From: Eremomyces bilateralis CBS 781.70
Lineage: Eukaryota
NCBI GenBank assembly: GCA_010015585.1
Contig: ML975150.1
Direction: 5' to 3' (one strand)
DNA length: 64,000 nucleotides
Of this stretch, positions 25,463-37,862 are shown piece by piece. The notes under the pieces are model-generated. The model was not told the origin of the DNA, searched no databases, and saw only the letters and a list, made by a program, of their open reading frames with translations. A program made the position numbers and the translations under genes. Each line of letters opens with the position of its first letter. Within the stretch, counting starts at the first letter, position 1.

Positions 25463-28097
25463 TCAAATGCTGATTTTGTTGACAAGTGGGGCAAAGCCTA
25501 TTGCTTTGGCATTAGGGCAAAATATGTCAGTCACACTCTTAAAATGCAAGCACTTCAGAGCGAATGGTATATCCTTTGCTAGATTGGATTCTGTCAGGGA
25601 GGATATGACGGTGCCCATGAATTCCATGTCGACGACACGGCTGGAAGCTCCGACCTCAACTTCTCTGGCTATCCCCAAGCCATGCTGTAATCTGATCGAA
25701 CCTTTAGCCAATGCAACCAGACATGCCAATACTAAAGCTACGTACCTTTCAGCTCGCCAAGCTTGATTTCTTCCTCTCGCTCCAATTTATCCTCGGTGAG
25801 CTTGTCCAAGTTCTCCAGACGATGCGGCAGTGTCTCTGAGCCAATGAATACCAATTGTGTCAGCTCGTAATGTAGATGAGTCGGCTGCAGAGGAAGATAT
25901 TCCTTGCCATCGAACTGTAAACATAGTATGGTGGACATGGGATATTCGGATCTTTGCGACAACCACCATTGAGCCACATTGTTGCACTCTTGCCTTCTGT
26001 TGCAGTTCAGGATATTGTGACTTGGTCGCCAGCATATACGGGAGGTGTGTCACACCACCGCTTCTAACCAGCGCGTAGGGCACCTTCTCCTACGAGATAG
26101 CAGCGGCGTTTGTCCAGCCGCACTTCTCCTTGCTCATGCCCTTGGCCTTCCTCGAATGATAGGCGGTCCGCATCATCACCGTGTTCCATCCAATGACACA
26201 GGTCATCCATGGGAGCGCACGCACGCTCAACGTCGGCCATCCACCAATTGTCCAGATAGTACAGTAACGGACGACGAGGGATCGTTATAACAGTATTCCT
26301 CGACTGGTCGTCCAGAGACTTGGGATGCCACCGCTGCCAGGCCGCAAGACGATCATGGTCTCGCGGAAGTTGCCATAACTAACTTCGCGACGGAGGAAGA
26401 AGTAAACGATACCACGTTGAAGGATGAAATCGTAGTTTTCTGGCTTTCCAAAATCGCTGGTTATCGTCAGTGATTTGGCATCGATCCACTGTTGGAGTCT
26501 CTTGGGTACAAGACTAGATTCGTCCCTCTCATTTCGCTTATGCGTTGCGGACGGCGTTTGAGGGATCGATGGGGAGCACTTACATATGGTCTATCCCGTC
26601 ATGTGCAACCTCGACGGCTTTAGAGTACCAAGACACGCTTGCATCGTGGATGTCATTACCAACCGGAGGCACAAAGGATTGACCACCTCCTCTTTCCCGA
26701 GCCATCATTGCCTAGAATTGGATTGTCGAATACGTCCATGAGTTGACTAGCAATGCCTTTTGCCGTGAGTTGCCTCGGCTTGTGGAAGTCCTTCAATTAC
26801 GGAACGGGAATCTCTTGATTTAGGGGTTGACTGGGCGCGCTTGCTGTTTGCGACTGATAAGCGCGGTTCGCCGATGCTGCATGTTGGTCGAGGTCCGCTT
26901 CTGCGAGCATGATCCGCCCGAAAAGACTCTTATTAGCGGCTGCTGGTCGAGTGGAATCAAGAGCCTCCTGTGCAGGTAAGATCAGTCCAACACCTCCTTT
27001 GTTGGCGATTCGGGCAGAATCTAGCGGAGGGGTCTCATCTAGCGAGTTTTTCGCGGTGTTTGTCTTAGTTTTCAAGTCTTCGACAATGCATTTGGCATCG
27101 GACAGCTCTGCCTTGGAGAGCTTTCGCCGAATCTCGGATGTTCTGCGATCGGGTTTGTCGTCATAAGGCGAACCATCGTATGAACCGTCGGAAAACAGGG
27201 AGTCATGGCTTCGGGTTTCGAAATCGACCTTTGTGTGATGTTTTCATTTTTCCTCTTCTTTTTCTATGAGGCTATTGAGCATCTCGATGCGCTCATTGTC
27301 TTCTGCTCTAACAAGTCTGTCAAGCATTTCGACGCATAGCGCAAGACCTTGGAAGGTTGGAGTGGGCATGCCCTCGATGTAAAGAGACGGCATGTACTCC
27401 TATGGGATCGGCTCAAGTTCCTCTGCTCTTCTCAATGCCCCTATTATCTGGTCTGGTATAGGACCATATTCAGTGCGACCTGTCAACAGATTCTGCACTT
27501 TCCGCAGTTCCGTATAAATGGCACCAAGGTCTGTCATCAGAATTACTTCCTGGGGAGTCTTGATCTTGATCTTGAGCCTAGTTTTTTTTGATCTTCAAAG
27601 GTGCCGGTTCGTCTATTGATAATTACGACTTGTTTTCCTGCTCTTGTTGGATGACCCCCTCCGAATCATCCACCGGCTGTCTGTATCCGCAGTCGCGGGT
27701 AGTAGGTGTATCATGTAGGATTATTCCGGGATGCGCCATGAACCCATTGTTTTTGGAAAGACCTAGTAGTCGTGAGGTTCTAATTCCGCTTTAACGCTGC
27801 GATCTTTCCCATCGGCTCCGAACGGCCATTCTTGGGTGCGTGATTGCACAAGGTTTCTCCGCTCTCCTGGGTAATCAAATTCATTGTCACTGTTGTCGCT
27901 GCCCTCACCAGCATCGTGTGATGGCTGTTCGAGCACTTGGAAAGCTTCTCCCGGCTCCTCGCCGCGCTGCAACCAGCCGCGCGGATCGTCTGATCATATT
28001 GAAGGTAGCTTGCAAAATGAACAAGTTTAGCGTTCCTCTTCTCCAGATTCCGCCCAGTTCTGAATATCACCAGTCGAAGACGTTTGGCGCATCCCAT
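25463..28097 (-). pseudogene. Putative decayed gene of unknown family (chain of same-strand ORF fragments)
   Basis: Several consecutive protein-like minus-strand fragments. Reading continues past in-frame TAA codons at 26797-26799 and 27623-27625, and there is an apparent frameshift in an A-run near 27585. I recognise no domain. Confidence 0.3.
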
Positions 28098-28354
28098 GGC
28101 TACCCTGTTTATTACAAAGGAGCTGAATCACATCCAAATCATGTCTTGAGACAATGAACAATGAAATTTGTGATACAGGCCTGCAAACAGACGGCATCGG
28201 CCAAAGGAATGTCCAATGAGAGCCGATACAGTGAGCTCACATTCCAATGGAACAATGCGTTTATCCTTGCGAACGCATACATACCACCGTACCATGTCGT
28301 CGCTGGTACCGAGAACGATCCAATCTGAACTCCGAAGGATGGAAGGCTGGCCCA

Positions 28355-29311
28355 TCATCCTCCAAAGACATCTTGTTTCTGTATATATTCAATGATCGCC
28401 TCTCCAACCCCATCTGGACTGGGCTTCAGGGCAGAAACATGGGGTTCGAAATTGAATTCCTTCAATAGATAATCCCTCGTCGTAGGACCGATAGTTGCAA
28501 TCAATGTTCTCATCCCGAGCGAGGACATCTTTGAAGGGATATCTGGGTTGCATTTTCCTGACTCGTTCAGTAGACCCAACCCGTCAAGCATAGCGTGGCA
28601 GCCAGTAGGAGAGAACACAACCACCCACTGCATGGATACACCATTTGCTGAATGCTCATGACATAATGCACTAAAGTCAGAGCGGAATGATTCCATCTCT
28701 TTGGTCTTGTAGACAACCACCTCGTCAAGCTGACATCGTCGATCGACGCTCAGACTGGGGTCTTGCAACGCCTTGGGAATGATGTCCCCGCGCTTCTCGC
28801 CGACTAGAAAGAGGAGCGGGCGCTTCGATAAGCCTTGGACACGTCCATTGTAGTCTTCGAGGATGAATGGTGAGAGAACCTCCCCACTACCCGTTTCTTC
28901 GCCCAGAATTGGACAGGGCAAATCCAGAGCTCTTAATCCGCGGGCTGTAGCCGGTCCAACAGCATATAACGGCAAGTCTGCGGGAAGCAACTTCTCGACG
29001 TCACATCCACTGGTCCGAACCTCGCCAACGACCTTCGTGAAGAATTCCACTGCTCTTTGCGACGTGAATATGATGCCTCCATAGCTCTTCTCCGTACCCT
29101 GATTGGTTGCAACGAGGCTACCTGCCTCTACCAATGCCTTGATACTGCGGAAGGATTCGTCGTTGAACTTGTGTTCCAACACGGGGACAAATATAGGTTG
29201 AAAGCGGCTATTTTCCGCGTTCAAGAAGAGATCGAGGTAGCTATCGTGTGGCGTTGACTTGGTCTTGAGCAGCAGCACGGGGACGCCTCGCGTTCCATCA
29301 AAATCCGCCAT
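28355..29311 (-). CDS. HEM4: Uroporphyrinogen-III synthase
   Basis: 318-aa ORF with PVLLLKTKSTPHDSY, FVPVLEH, GIIFTSQRAVE, YAVGPAT, LFLVGEKR, VVFSPTG and ATIGPTTRDYL. Confidence 0.93.
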   Translation of the reverse strand: MADFDGTRGVPVLLLKTKSTPHDSYLDLFLNAENSRFQPIFVPVLEHKFNDESFRSIKALVEAGSLVATNQGTEKSYGGIIFTSQRAVEFFTKVVGEVRTSGCDVEKLLPADLPLYAVGPATARGLRALDLPCPILGEETGSGEVLSPFILEDYNGRVQGLSKRPLLFLVGEKRGDIIPKALQDPSLSVDRRCQLDEVVVYKTKEMESFRSDFSALCHEHSANGVSMQWVVVFSPTGCHAMLDGLGLLNESGKCNPDIPSKMSSLGMRTLIATIGPTTRDYLLKEFNFEPHVSALKPSPDGVGEAIIEYIQKQDVFGG

Positions 29312-29586
29312 TTTAGATCGATCGGATTAATTCCACATTTGATGATGCACGTGGGCTTTGGTTTTTGAAAGATCGGTTTTACTTTGAAGCCGCAAATCGA
29401 TTTCTCTAGCGGGATCGGCGCGGGATCCCGGTCGACATGATGCCGAAGCCAGGATTACGAAAGCCCAGAAGCTTGCCTATTCCGCGCCATCCATGTCCAT
29501 GAAGACGTCCTCGAAATTATGAGCTTACAAACAGCATAAAAATCTATCCTATCCACTGCATTTGCAAAGCCTAAGAGCGTCACAAG

Positions 29587-30243
29587 ATGTCCTCTACAAG
29601 AGACACAAAAGAGCCAACAAACTCTTCGGAGGATCATCCTTCTACAGCCGCATTACCCAAGGGTGTGGTTCTCGGTCCCGATGGCAAACCGTAAGCTATG
29701 CGACCATGAAACCACCATTTCAATCACTAACCTCGATTACTTTCTAGATGCCGAACTTGTACCCCTTTTGCTTCATGGAAAGCCATGATGGCGAGTGACA
29801 AGCCCTCCTCGCCTTCCACTATCTCGACGCCGTCCACGTCACCGACCAGATCCACATCCACATCCGCGACTTCCTTCGCTGCAGAGGAACCTCCCTCCGA
29901 TTGCCCTCCTGACGTCGCCCAACTTGGTCGCAGCACCTGGACGCTCCTCCACGCGCTCACGGCCTCCTACCCGACCTCCCCCTCCCCAACCACGCAGACC
30001 AGCGCGCTGACCTTTGTCACGACGCTGTCCCAGCTCTACCCCTGTTGGCACTGCGCGGGGGATTTCCGCGCATGGATGAGCCGGCCCGGGAACGCGCCGC
30101 GGGTGAAGAGCAGAGCGGAGTTCGGGCAGTGGATGTGTGAGGCGCATAACGAGGTGAATCGGAAACTGGGTAAGGATGAGTTCGATTGTGGGAAGTGGGA
30201 GGAGCGGTGGCGGACGGGGTGGAAGGATGGACGGTGTGATTAG
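29587..30243 (+). CDS. ERV1: Mitochondrial FAD-linked sulfhydryl oxidase ERV1
   Basis: Exon 1 ..PKGVVLGPDGKP, intron 29691-29747, then the shuttle motif CRTC, CPPDVAQLGRSTW, the redox motif YPCWHCA and WMCEAHNEVNRKLGK. Confidence 0.95.
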
Positions 30244-31048
30244 TGGAGGAGAAAGACCAGGGGGATTGTCTGCGGATATTTGAGTGTGGGTATGTATGCT
30301 ACGAAAAGGTTGAGGGGATTGGACGACCTTCACTCTCGCATTGGGTAAGGGGTATTCCTCTTACGTTGCATGGGCTGGGCGTTGTGCGATGGGCATTAGA
30401 TGGGCATATGGCGGAGTTTAGATTTGTGTAAATACTGTATCATGATCAGTGGGAATTCCTCTCAAACGTTAATATTGAACAGCGTCCTGTTTGACCTGTG
30501 CTATCTAAACATCTGCGTCCGGGCCCAACATGTGACGAGTTTCGAAGGTATGCTTATTTGACTGCCGAGCCGCGATAGAGGGTGAAGAAATAGAGCAATT
30601 GATAGGTCTTCTCGACATGGCACACGGATACTGTCAAGTACAGCTGGAAAGGCGCCTTTGGAGTATTGAGATGATCTACACCGTTGCGGCAACGGATGGT
30701 GATTTGTAAATAGTGTTCGGATCAAAGGACTTTTTAGGGCTCCCAGGAGCTTATAATTTTGCTCTTTTACTGGGCGTTGTTCCCTTTTTGTTGCTCCACC
30801 ACTGGGTAGAAGCAAGATAGAGCAAATGAGGTGTTCGAGAAGTACCAAGAATGGGACGTCCGAGAGGTACTAAGGATGAGGGGAGGAAACGGTACTTTGG
30901 TAGGGGACATGGGAGGTCACCGGTTTGGGTCCGGTCAGTGCCCTTTCTGTATTTTTGTTTAATGTCTTTGTTTCAAGAAAAATCATTGATTGCTCCGATT
31001 CCGATGTACTCATAATCAAACTAACAAAATCAATGTAATGGAAATAAC

Positions 31049-32210
31049 TTAAACGTCTATGCCCAAGAACACCCAGCGATCGCTGATGATATCATCCGAA
31101 TGAGTCCAGTCCACAAGGGTGGTGGGCTCGAAGCCTACCCAGCCCAGGTCGCGCATGAGGTGCTTCATTGATGCGGGGTCTGCGGTGCGGTCCAGGCAAA
31201 CGTTAAGCCGTAGACAGGAAATGGCAGGTTGATCGCAGAGCTCGAGGAGAGCCATGAGACTGTACACGAGTCAATACACGAACCGAAAGGGGTAGGATAC
31301 TTGGTGAGACTTACCCAGGCTTGAGATCGGTCCCAACGACTCCGTCATCAAAGAAGACAAACAACGCCCTCTGATCGCCGTCGCCAACGACAAAACCCCT
31401 GAACTGGAGACCACCAGAATAATCCCACATCTCCACCCACTGCCTCACTTGCCCATGCTCCATGAACGCTCGATCCGCCCGCACGCTACTCAACGCCGGT
31501 GACCCCTCTTCCGAAAAATCCGACCCAGTCGAAAGTGAATAACTCCGCGACGTTTCCATCGCCATACCCGAAGAAGACGTTGTCATTAAACTGGAAGTCG
31601 TGTCTACGCTCGATGATACAGCGCAGACCGAAGTATATGGCACACCCATCGCCAGTGAGTCCTGCTTGACGTTGTTCCCCTCACCAAGGAAAACAGCCTG
31701 CAGTGTCCCACAGAAGAGTCTCTCACACTCTTCCGCAATAGTGTATGCGGCAGCAGCCCCTCCCGCTCGATTCCTGCCATCCGATGCGTGTCGTCCATTC
31801 GTCAGCTCCGCGTGGGCAGCGTGCTTGGCAGCGGAGTGAACGACGACGCCGGAATCGTGGCGGGCGGCAAGAAGGGGGCTACGCGGTGGTGACGGTGTTC
31901 CCTGAAGCGGACAAGTCAGTAACTGCGGCTCGGTACCAAACGAATCGGGTGAGGGGTAGGAAGGGTTAGATAGAAGAGACGTACCGAGCCGACCTCAGGA
32001 ACACCAATCAGCCCCCCCGGCCCCGGTAGAGGAATAGTGGAAGCCCTTGAGCGCCATGGAGGGAACGTCGACGACGTAGCAGCTCGCGAGGAAGTTCAAC
32101 GGGACCGGGCTGCCCGACATGTCCGACCTGTTGGAGTGGCCATCGAGCTGATTTCCTCCACGACTACTACTAATACTATCGTAAATTGAAGATTGATTGG
32201 GGATCGCCAT
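31049..32210 (-). CDS. OAZ1: Ornithine decarboxylase antizyme, expressed via programmed +1 ribosomal frameshift
   Basis: ORF1 (32210-31995) ends ..HYSSTGAGGADWCS* on UGG-UGU-UCC-UGA. The +1 frame GAG GTC GGC TCG splices over intron 31902-31984 into GTPSPPRS..GGAAAAYTIAEECERLFCGTLQAVFLGE. After intron 31260-31314 comes the antizyme domain LMALLELCD..VCLDR..LMRDLGWVGFE..SDRWVFLGIDV*. Confidence 0.95.
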
Positions 32211-33177
32211 GACTGTGTTGTTCTGCCAGGGTTGTGGCTTTCGATATGTGCTCGATGAGAGATGTTCGTCGACGGTCGGTCGATTGGTGGCGATGAGAGC
32301 TGGAGTCGTAGATAGATTGCAGAGGGCAGTCGATGATGGATTCGAACGGTAGATTTAGGAGCAAGCTCGATAGGTTTTTAAGGACGTATGATGGTTTAAT
32401 GTGTTGTCTGTTACGGTGGTGTGGTGGTTGTGGATTCGTGGAGGGGAGGGAGCAAGTCAAGCGGGAGCACTTGACTTGAATTATTGAAACGCTCCGGAGA
32501 AGTCTCTCATGGGTCACCTGACCAGTCCCGCACAAGGTCTTGGTGACACTCTTGGCCAAATCCATATCCGAACGGTGAGACATTTGATGCATCCTGGAAA
32601 ACATGTTATAAGTATTTAGTATTACGACAAAGCACCTGATTATAATATTGGTTTCCAATATGGGCATCTGTACCACTTTCAAACAAAGGGCACAGTCAGA
32701 ATTATAAAGAACATGCATTGATGACTCTCTCATCGTTCATGCTGAGGAGCATTGTATTATACTAACTACAAGCTGCCTACCCATATTTGCTATTCGCTAG
32801 GTATTTACAAAGCAACAAGACGCACCCTCTGGAACAAGAGGACGTTTCCTGTCCCCTTCCGCAGAGGGGTCGATCGTAAGACTGGGCGGAGAGCAAAGCT
32901 GTCACCCGACGAACCCGAGCAGCTCTTGATGCAGGGCTGATATTGTGAACATGCCACATCCGTAAAACGTCCGCGATGGGCGCCAATTCGAACCCAAAAC
33001 ATCCTCTAGCGCCGTACCATGCATCCGTAGGGTAGTCCGTTCCCCGAACTCCATCAGTGATATGCGGAGCGGAAGGGATATGAGGCCGCGTTCTCAGATA
33101 TTGAGATGTGTCCGGTAGGGCCAGGGGAAACCTTTCTACTTCCCCGTTTCTGGTGTTTCCTGTTGTCGAGCGTGCTC

Positions 33178-35336
33178 TCATAGCTCCCGATAATCGCTCG
33201 GGCGAGCCCGCTTCTGTCGGTGTTGATGTCTACCGGGGTTGACAGGCTGTCGGAAGTACGGGCTCTCCTCTTCGCTAGGAAACGGCTCACTGAAGACCGT
33301 TCGTTGCTGGTTAGGGAAGACCCCGTATTTCCCATTTGTTTGATTCATGCTCCTATTGCCCTGCACGTTTGCACTCGCGGGGTTCCAAATCTGACCATTA
33401 TTGCCGCGAAAGTTGTTGTTACCGCCTGGGTCATTGAAGTTCGGGTTATTTCCGTTGAACGCATTCATGTTACCCATCGCGGCCGGGTTAAACCCCATTC
33501 CATTGTTCCACTGCCCGTTCATCATCATCGGATTCATGTTCGGCATCATCATCCCGTTCATCCCCATGTTCATCCCCGCCATGTTCATGTTGCCGCCTGG
33601 GAACCCCATGGTGGGCATGCCCATGGGGAAGAAGTTTGATTGGAGTTGTCCGTCCGGTGGCATCACAACACCGTTGCCGGAAAGTGCATTCATCTGTTCA
33701 ATGAAGGACTGGTCGATACCAGCAGCTTTAGCGGCAGCAGGGTTCGCTGGTGTCGTGGCTTGTTTGCGCATGGCAGCAGGGCCGGTAGGGATGCGGTCAT
33801 TCTTTAGTTCCTCTTCCGCAGGCCGCTTTTTAGAGCCGCCATCTGTGGTTCCGTTCGATGCAGGCTCCGCAGTGGATGCAGGTGTAGGGTTGGGTGATTT
33901 GGAAGGGACTGGGGACTTGCTTTCGGCTCGTGAGGGTTCAGCGGTGTCTCGATCAGGCGAGCCACTGGGTGATTTGGTGGGTTTGTCATCAGTGTTTGAC
34001 GCAACATTTGCCTCAGTGGACTTTGAAGGAGTAGCTTTGTCTGATACAGGACTTTTGGGGGTCTCCTTGTCCTGCGGTTCCCTATCCTTGGCTTTCCGTT
34101 CCGCTGCTTTGTCCTCCTCATATGCCTTGATCTTCGCGTTCGTCTCATCGTCCGGGGCGAGATCATCAATCAAGACGCCTTCTTTGTTGCAATTAGGGCA
34201 GACCAGATCACTGTTGACGAGGGCATTCTCGATGCAGTCATTACAGTACGTCGTTCCACAGCATGGTGTTTTCATTGGTTCAACGAACATTCGCTTGTCA
34301 ATGGGGCACTCCAATCCGCGTTCCCGCAATTCCTTGTTTCCTTCTTCTGCCGCCTGCTGTTGTACCGCCGATGCTTTTGTTTTGGCCTGGAATTGATCCC
34401 AAGAAGCTTTATCCGGTTCTGCAATGACATATTCACCCTCCGCATTGATCATCACCCCGGTTGGCATGCGTGTGTCCGTGAGACCATCTTCCGTAAGAGC
34501 AACAGGCTTCTCAACCGTCTTGAGGAACGATCTGGGAATACCAGTGGTGCGTTTGATTTTTGGACGGGCGTCAAAGTTTGGATCGTCGTTGGTGGGGCAG
34601 ACTTGAATCCAGTGACCTAGATAAGTTAGTACCTTGTAAAGGACAGGCGGGACACAATGCATACCTTTTTGGTGACACCGATAGCAGACGTATCCAGGAG
34701 GAGGGTCGTGGTCAGGGATGTTGACAGGTCGGCCTTTGTAGTTCTTGTTAAAAACCGGTTTCTCTCTGAGATATAGTTAGCACCACCATAGAGCCGAAAC
34801 ATAGGATAGATTATACGTACTTGGACATCTTTTCTTGTGTTTGAGCCCATAGATCGCCTTGCTCTTGGAACATCGCCGCAATTCGCTCCTCTTCAGTTTG
34901 GGCTGTGGCCATGCTCCCAGCTGCAGCACTTGGTGCACTTCTGGGTGCAGATTTGGCTGGGGCTTCTCCTCGATATGCATTCTTCGCTCTGACGGGCGCA
35001 TGGCCGGATACATATCGAGCAGCTTTTCCATGACCATGTCGAGCGGCGGGGATTCGTCGAGCAATAACAGTTGTGGATCGAGGGATTATGACGGTGTCAT
35101 CGTCGTATTCTAAATTGGATGTTAGCTGATGGTGAAATAACGATAGTCGATCATATATTCTTACCATCATTGGCATCTTCGGGGTAGATCGACAAGTCGA
35201 AGTCGGATCCATCACCAAGGTTGCTCAACTGGATAATCTCGCGTTTGAGCTCGAAGACGGTGATACCCGTTCCATCGAACACAATACGTTGCGGCTCCTT
35301 TTGAGACCTCCACTTGAAAAAGACTGACGAAGTCAT
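33178..35336 (-). CDS. MPE1: Cleavage/polyadenylation factor subunit MPE1 (RBBP6 homolog)
   Basis: DWNN domain MTSSVFFKWRSQKEPQRIVFDGTGITVFELKREII, zinc knuckle CYRCHQKGHWIQVC and RING/U-box CPIDKRMFVEPMKTPCCGTTYCNDCI..CPNC. Introns 35110-35164, 34766-34820 and 34617-34664. Confidence 0.95.
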
Positions 35337-36782
35337 TGTGACTCAAGAACGAACGAAAGGTTATGAGGTGTACAGGATCGATATTGAAGTCGTCCGGACG
35401 ATCGCTGTGTTCCGGGGGCGATCAGTCAGATAATCTTAGGGATATGGAGAGTCTGTACACGGAGAAGAGGTGGGCAAGTCGTGAGACGAATAGCCGTCTG
35501 TGAAGCAGACGGCGATCCGAAAGTACTGTGTAGTGCTGCGTCAAAGAGTGGAGTGAGTGCCACGCGACGAAACAATAAGATCTCGGAATCTATTGTTCAA
35601 ATGCTCCACTCGTGATGGGAGACGAATAGGATTGATTGTTTTTCTTGTTGAACTGAAATGATTTTGATGCTGCGCAACAGGCCACAGACGGTGATGAGAA
35701 GCAATCACGATAGGTACTGGTACACGACGCGGTGCAAATGCTGGAGCGATCCAATGTGTCCTGGGATATCGGAGCAACTGAATGCCTCAACGACGGGAAC
35801 AAAGAAACCACCCAGTCCAAATCCACCGATGATATCTCGAAAACTTCCTTCCACCACTAGTTCTCGTCTCACCTTGGATACTGGATCTCCAAAACAGAGT
35901 GGCAACGCTAGTTGGCGGGGTGAGTGCGGTGTTCTGTAATAAGGACGAGGGACGGCTCCCAACGGGTTCAAAAAAGGCTTTGGATGATGTCAGATGGATG
36001 GAATCATCGATAGGGACGGTAAAATGTGATGGAGATGATGGGGATGGGGGAGTTGCGGAGTTGGGGAAGATGAAAGTGGTGAGAATTGAAAGCAGGATTG
36101 CAGGGAGGGGGGGATTCGGATGATCTTTGTCTCTTTGGTCGGAAATTGCTGCCTGGCGCTGCCTGACTGCCTCCCTTGCTCAGCCTGGTCCGGGTGCTGC
36201 CAAGTGCCAACAAAGTGAATTTCCACTTTGTCAGCGATTCACCAAAGCCGAAGGAAGAATGACTCACTTACACGTGATATACATCTTCCGCTCTGGGTTA
36301 GCGCCATGATTCATGTCACGTGCAGTCCGCCGATTGAGCCCTCAGTTACATTGACAGAGCAGTCAGCAAGGAACACACTACATGCCAATAGTTGGCCGTC
36401 AAAAGATTATAATAATCTTTGTAACTAAGGTAAAGTACCCGATAATTCATTGGTCCTATGGAAATATCATGCTTGGGCGTATCTCATGTTGATTCCTCAT
36501 GGCACTCCTATCCAGCCTATCCCTAGGCGGCTCCCCTGCGTCACCAAACCTACGACGCAACTCTGCTCCCAGTCACACGGCTGATCGTCAATCGACGTTG
36601 CATCGGACTGACCGTGTTTTATGGCTTGCTTGTACCGCGAGAGGTGGATATTATTCATCCCAAGCCATGCCCCATGAGCTACCAGCGCCTACCCTCAGGA
36701 GCAACATTGCTCTCGACTCCTGACAAGTCTTGCCAGAGCTTCCCTCAGCTATGCATGACTGAATGTAACTATCACCTGCCTT

Positions 36783-37677
36783 TCATCCGAGAACTCCAGT
36801 GATATCCTTTCCAAGGGCGCTGACCCTTTCTTCGAGAGCTCGCTTCTTCCTTTCCAGCTCCGTGATATCTTCCTCGTCTTGACGCATGTCTTCATGCCTG
36901 ATAGGGAATGTATCTACCGTTACCGTTGCCTCCGGCTGTGTAGTGAAGTCTTCGTCTTCGTCATCCTCTTCGTCGGATAATCCCGAAGGACCACGCGATC
37001 GGTTCAGTTTCCTCAGTTGTTCCGATTGTTCGGTAACCTGCTCTTCTAATTCTGCAATGGAGTGCGCTAGACGGTGATGACGTTGCCGAAGCTGTCCGAT
37101 CTTCTCCAACGCACCGGGAATGGGGCTAGCATGGTCAGTCTCTTCCTTGGATTCACGGACATGGGAGACATACTAGACCCCACAGAGCTTCTCCGCCCCT
37201 TCGAGGAGCACGTCTACGTCGACTTCACCCTTGTGGTCATAATTGCGGTATCCTACGCCGCTGCCAACTCGGCCTCCACCGCCGTCGCGGATCCGCTGGA
37301 CGAGATCCCCTCCGAGGACCGCAGCCACGGCAGTATTCCTCCGGGGCGGTCGGGACACGTCTGCCGCATGGTTCAAGGCGGCCGTGCTATAAACCGTAGT
37401 TCTCCGCCTGGAGGTGGCAGAGGGATCGAACGCTTTCGGCTGCGGAGGGGGCTGGCTGACTGTAAATAGCGCCTGTTCATGGGTCTCGGTATCGCGAATC
37501 AACGCGGTGATATCGTGGGGTTTCAGGAGCGCATTTGCGAAGATCTTTGGTGGAGGGAAACTAAGAAGGGCGTTTAGATTATTGCTGGTACATCGGGACG
37601 AGAAAGACGGACGGAAGTTCAGCGATAGAAACCGCACACAGCGATAGCTGCTCTAGATGCCCGTCCAACAGTGTCAT
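36783..37677 (-). CDS. SPC34: DASH/Dam1 complex subunit SPC34
   Basis: MTLLDGHLEQLSLCAVSIAELP|FPPPKIFANALLKPHDITALIRDTETHEQALF..VDVDVLLEGAEKLCGVY|PIPGA followed by a coiled-coil tail. Introns 37561-37612 and 37126-37173. Confidence 0.88.
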
Positions 37678-37862
37678 AATGCATTCGGAATTTGCATTTC
37701 AGCTAGGCATTTCAATTTGTTGTCAACAGACAGTTAGTGATCAATTGTTTACATGTGCTGAATGTACCATGATAGTGGAGAGTGGAGATAATACGCCATT
37801 TGATTGACTGATCACTGACTGAGCGACTCTAAAGCTCGGGCCAACATCCAGGTATCTCCCCC

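Noticed and set aside
30427..30434. Puf3-like TGTAAATA in the ERV1 3' region
   Set aside because: An 8-mer common in fungal 3' UTRs (a similar one follows the aquaporin); cannot be supported without conservation data.
35691..35781. Box C-like GTGATGA and downstream CTGA suggesting a C/D snoRNA
   Set aside because: No terminal stem and no recognisable rRNA antisense element.
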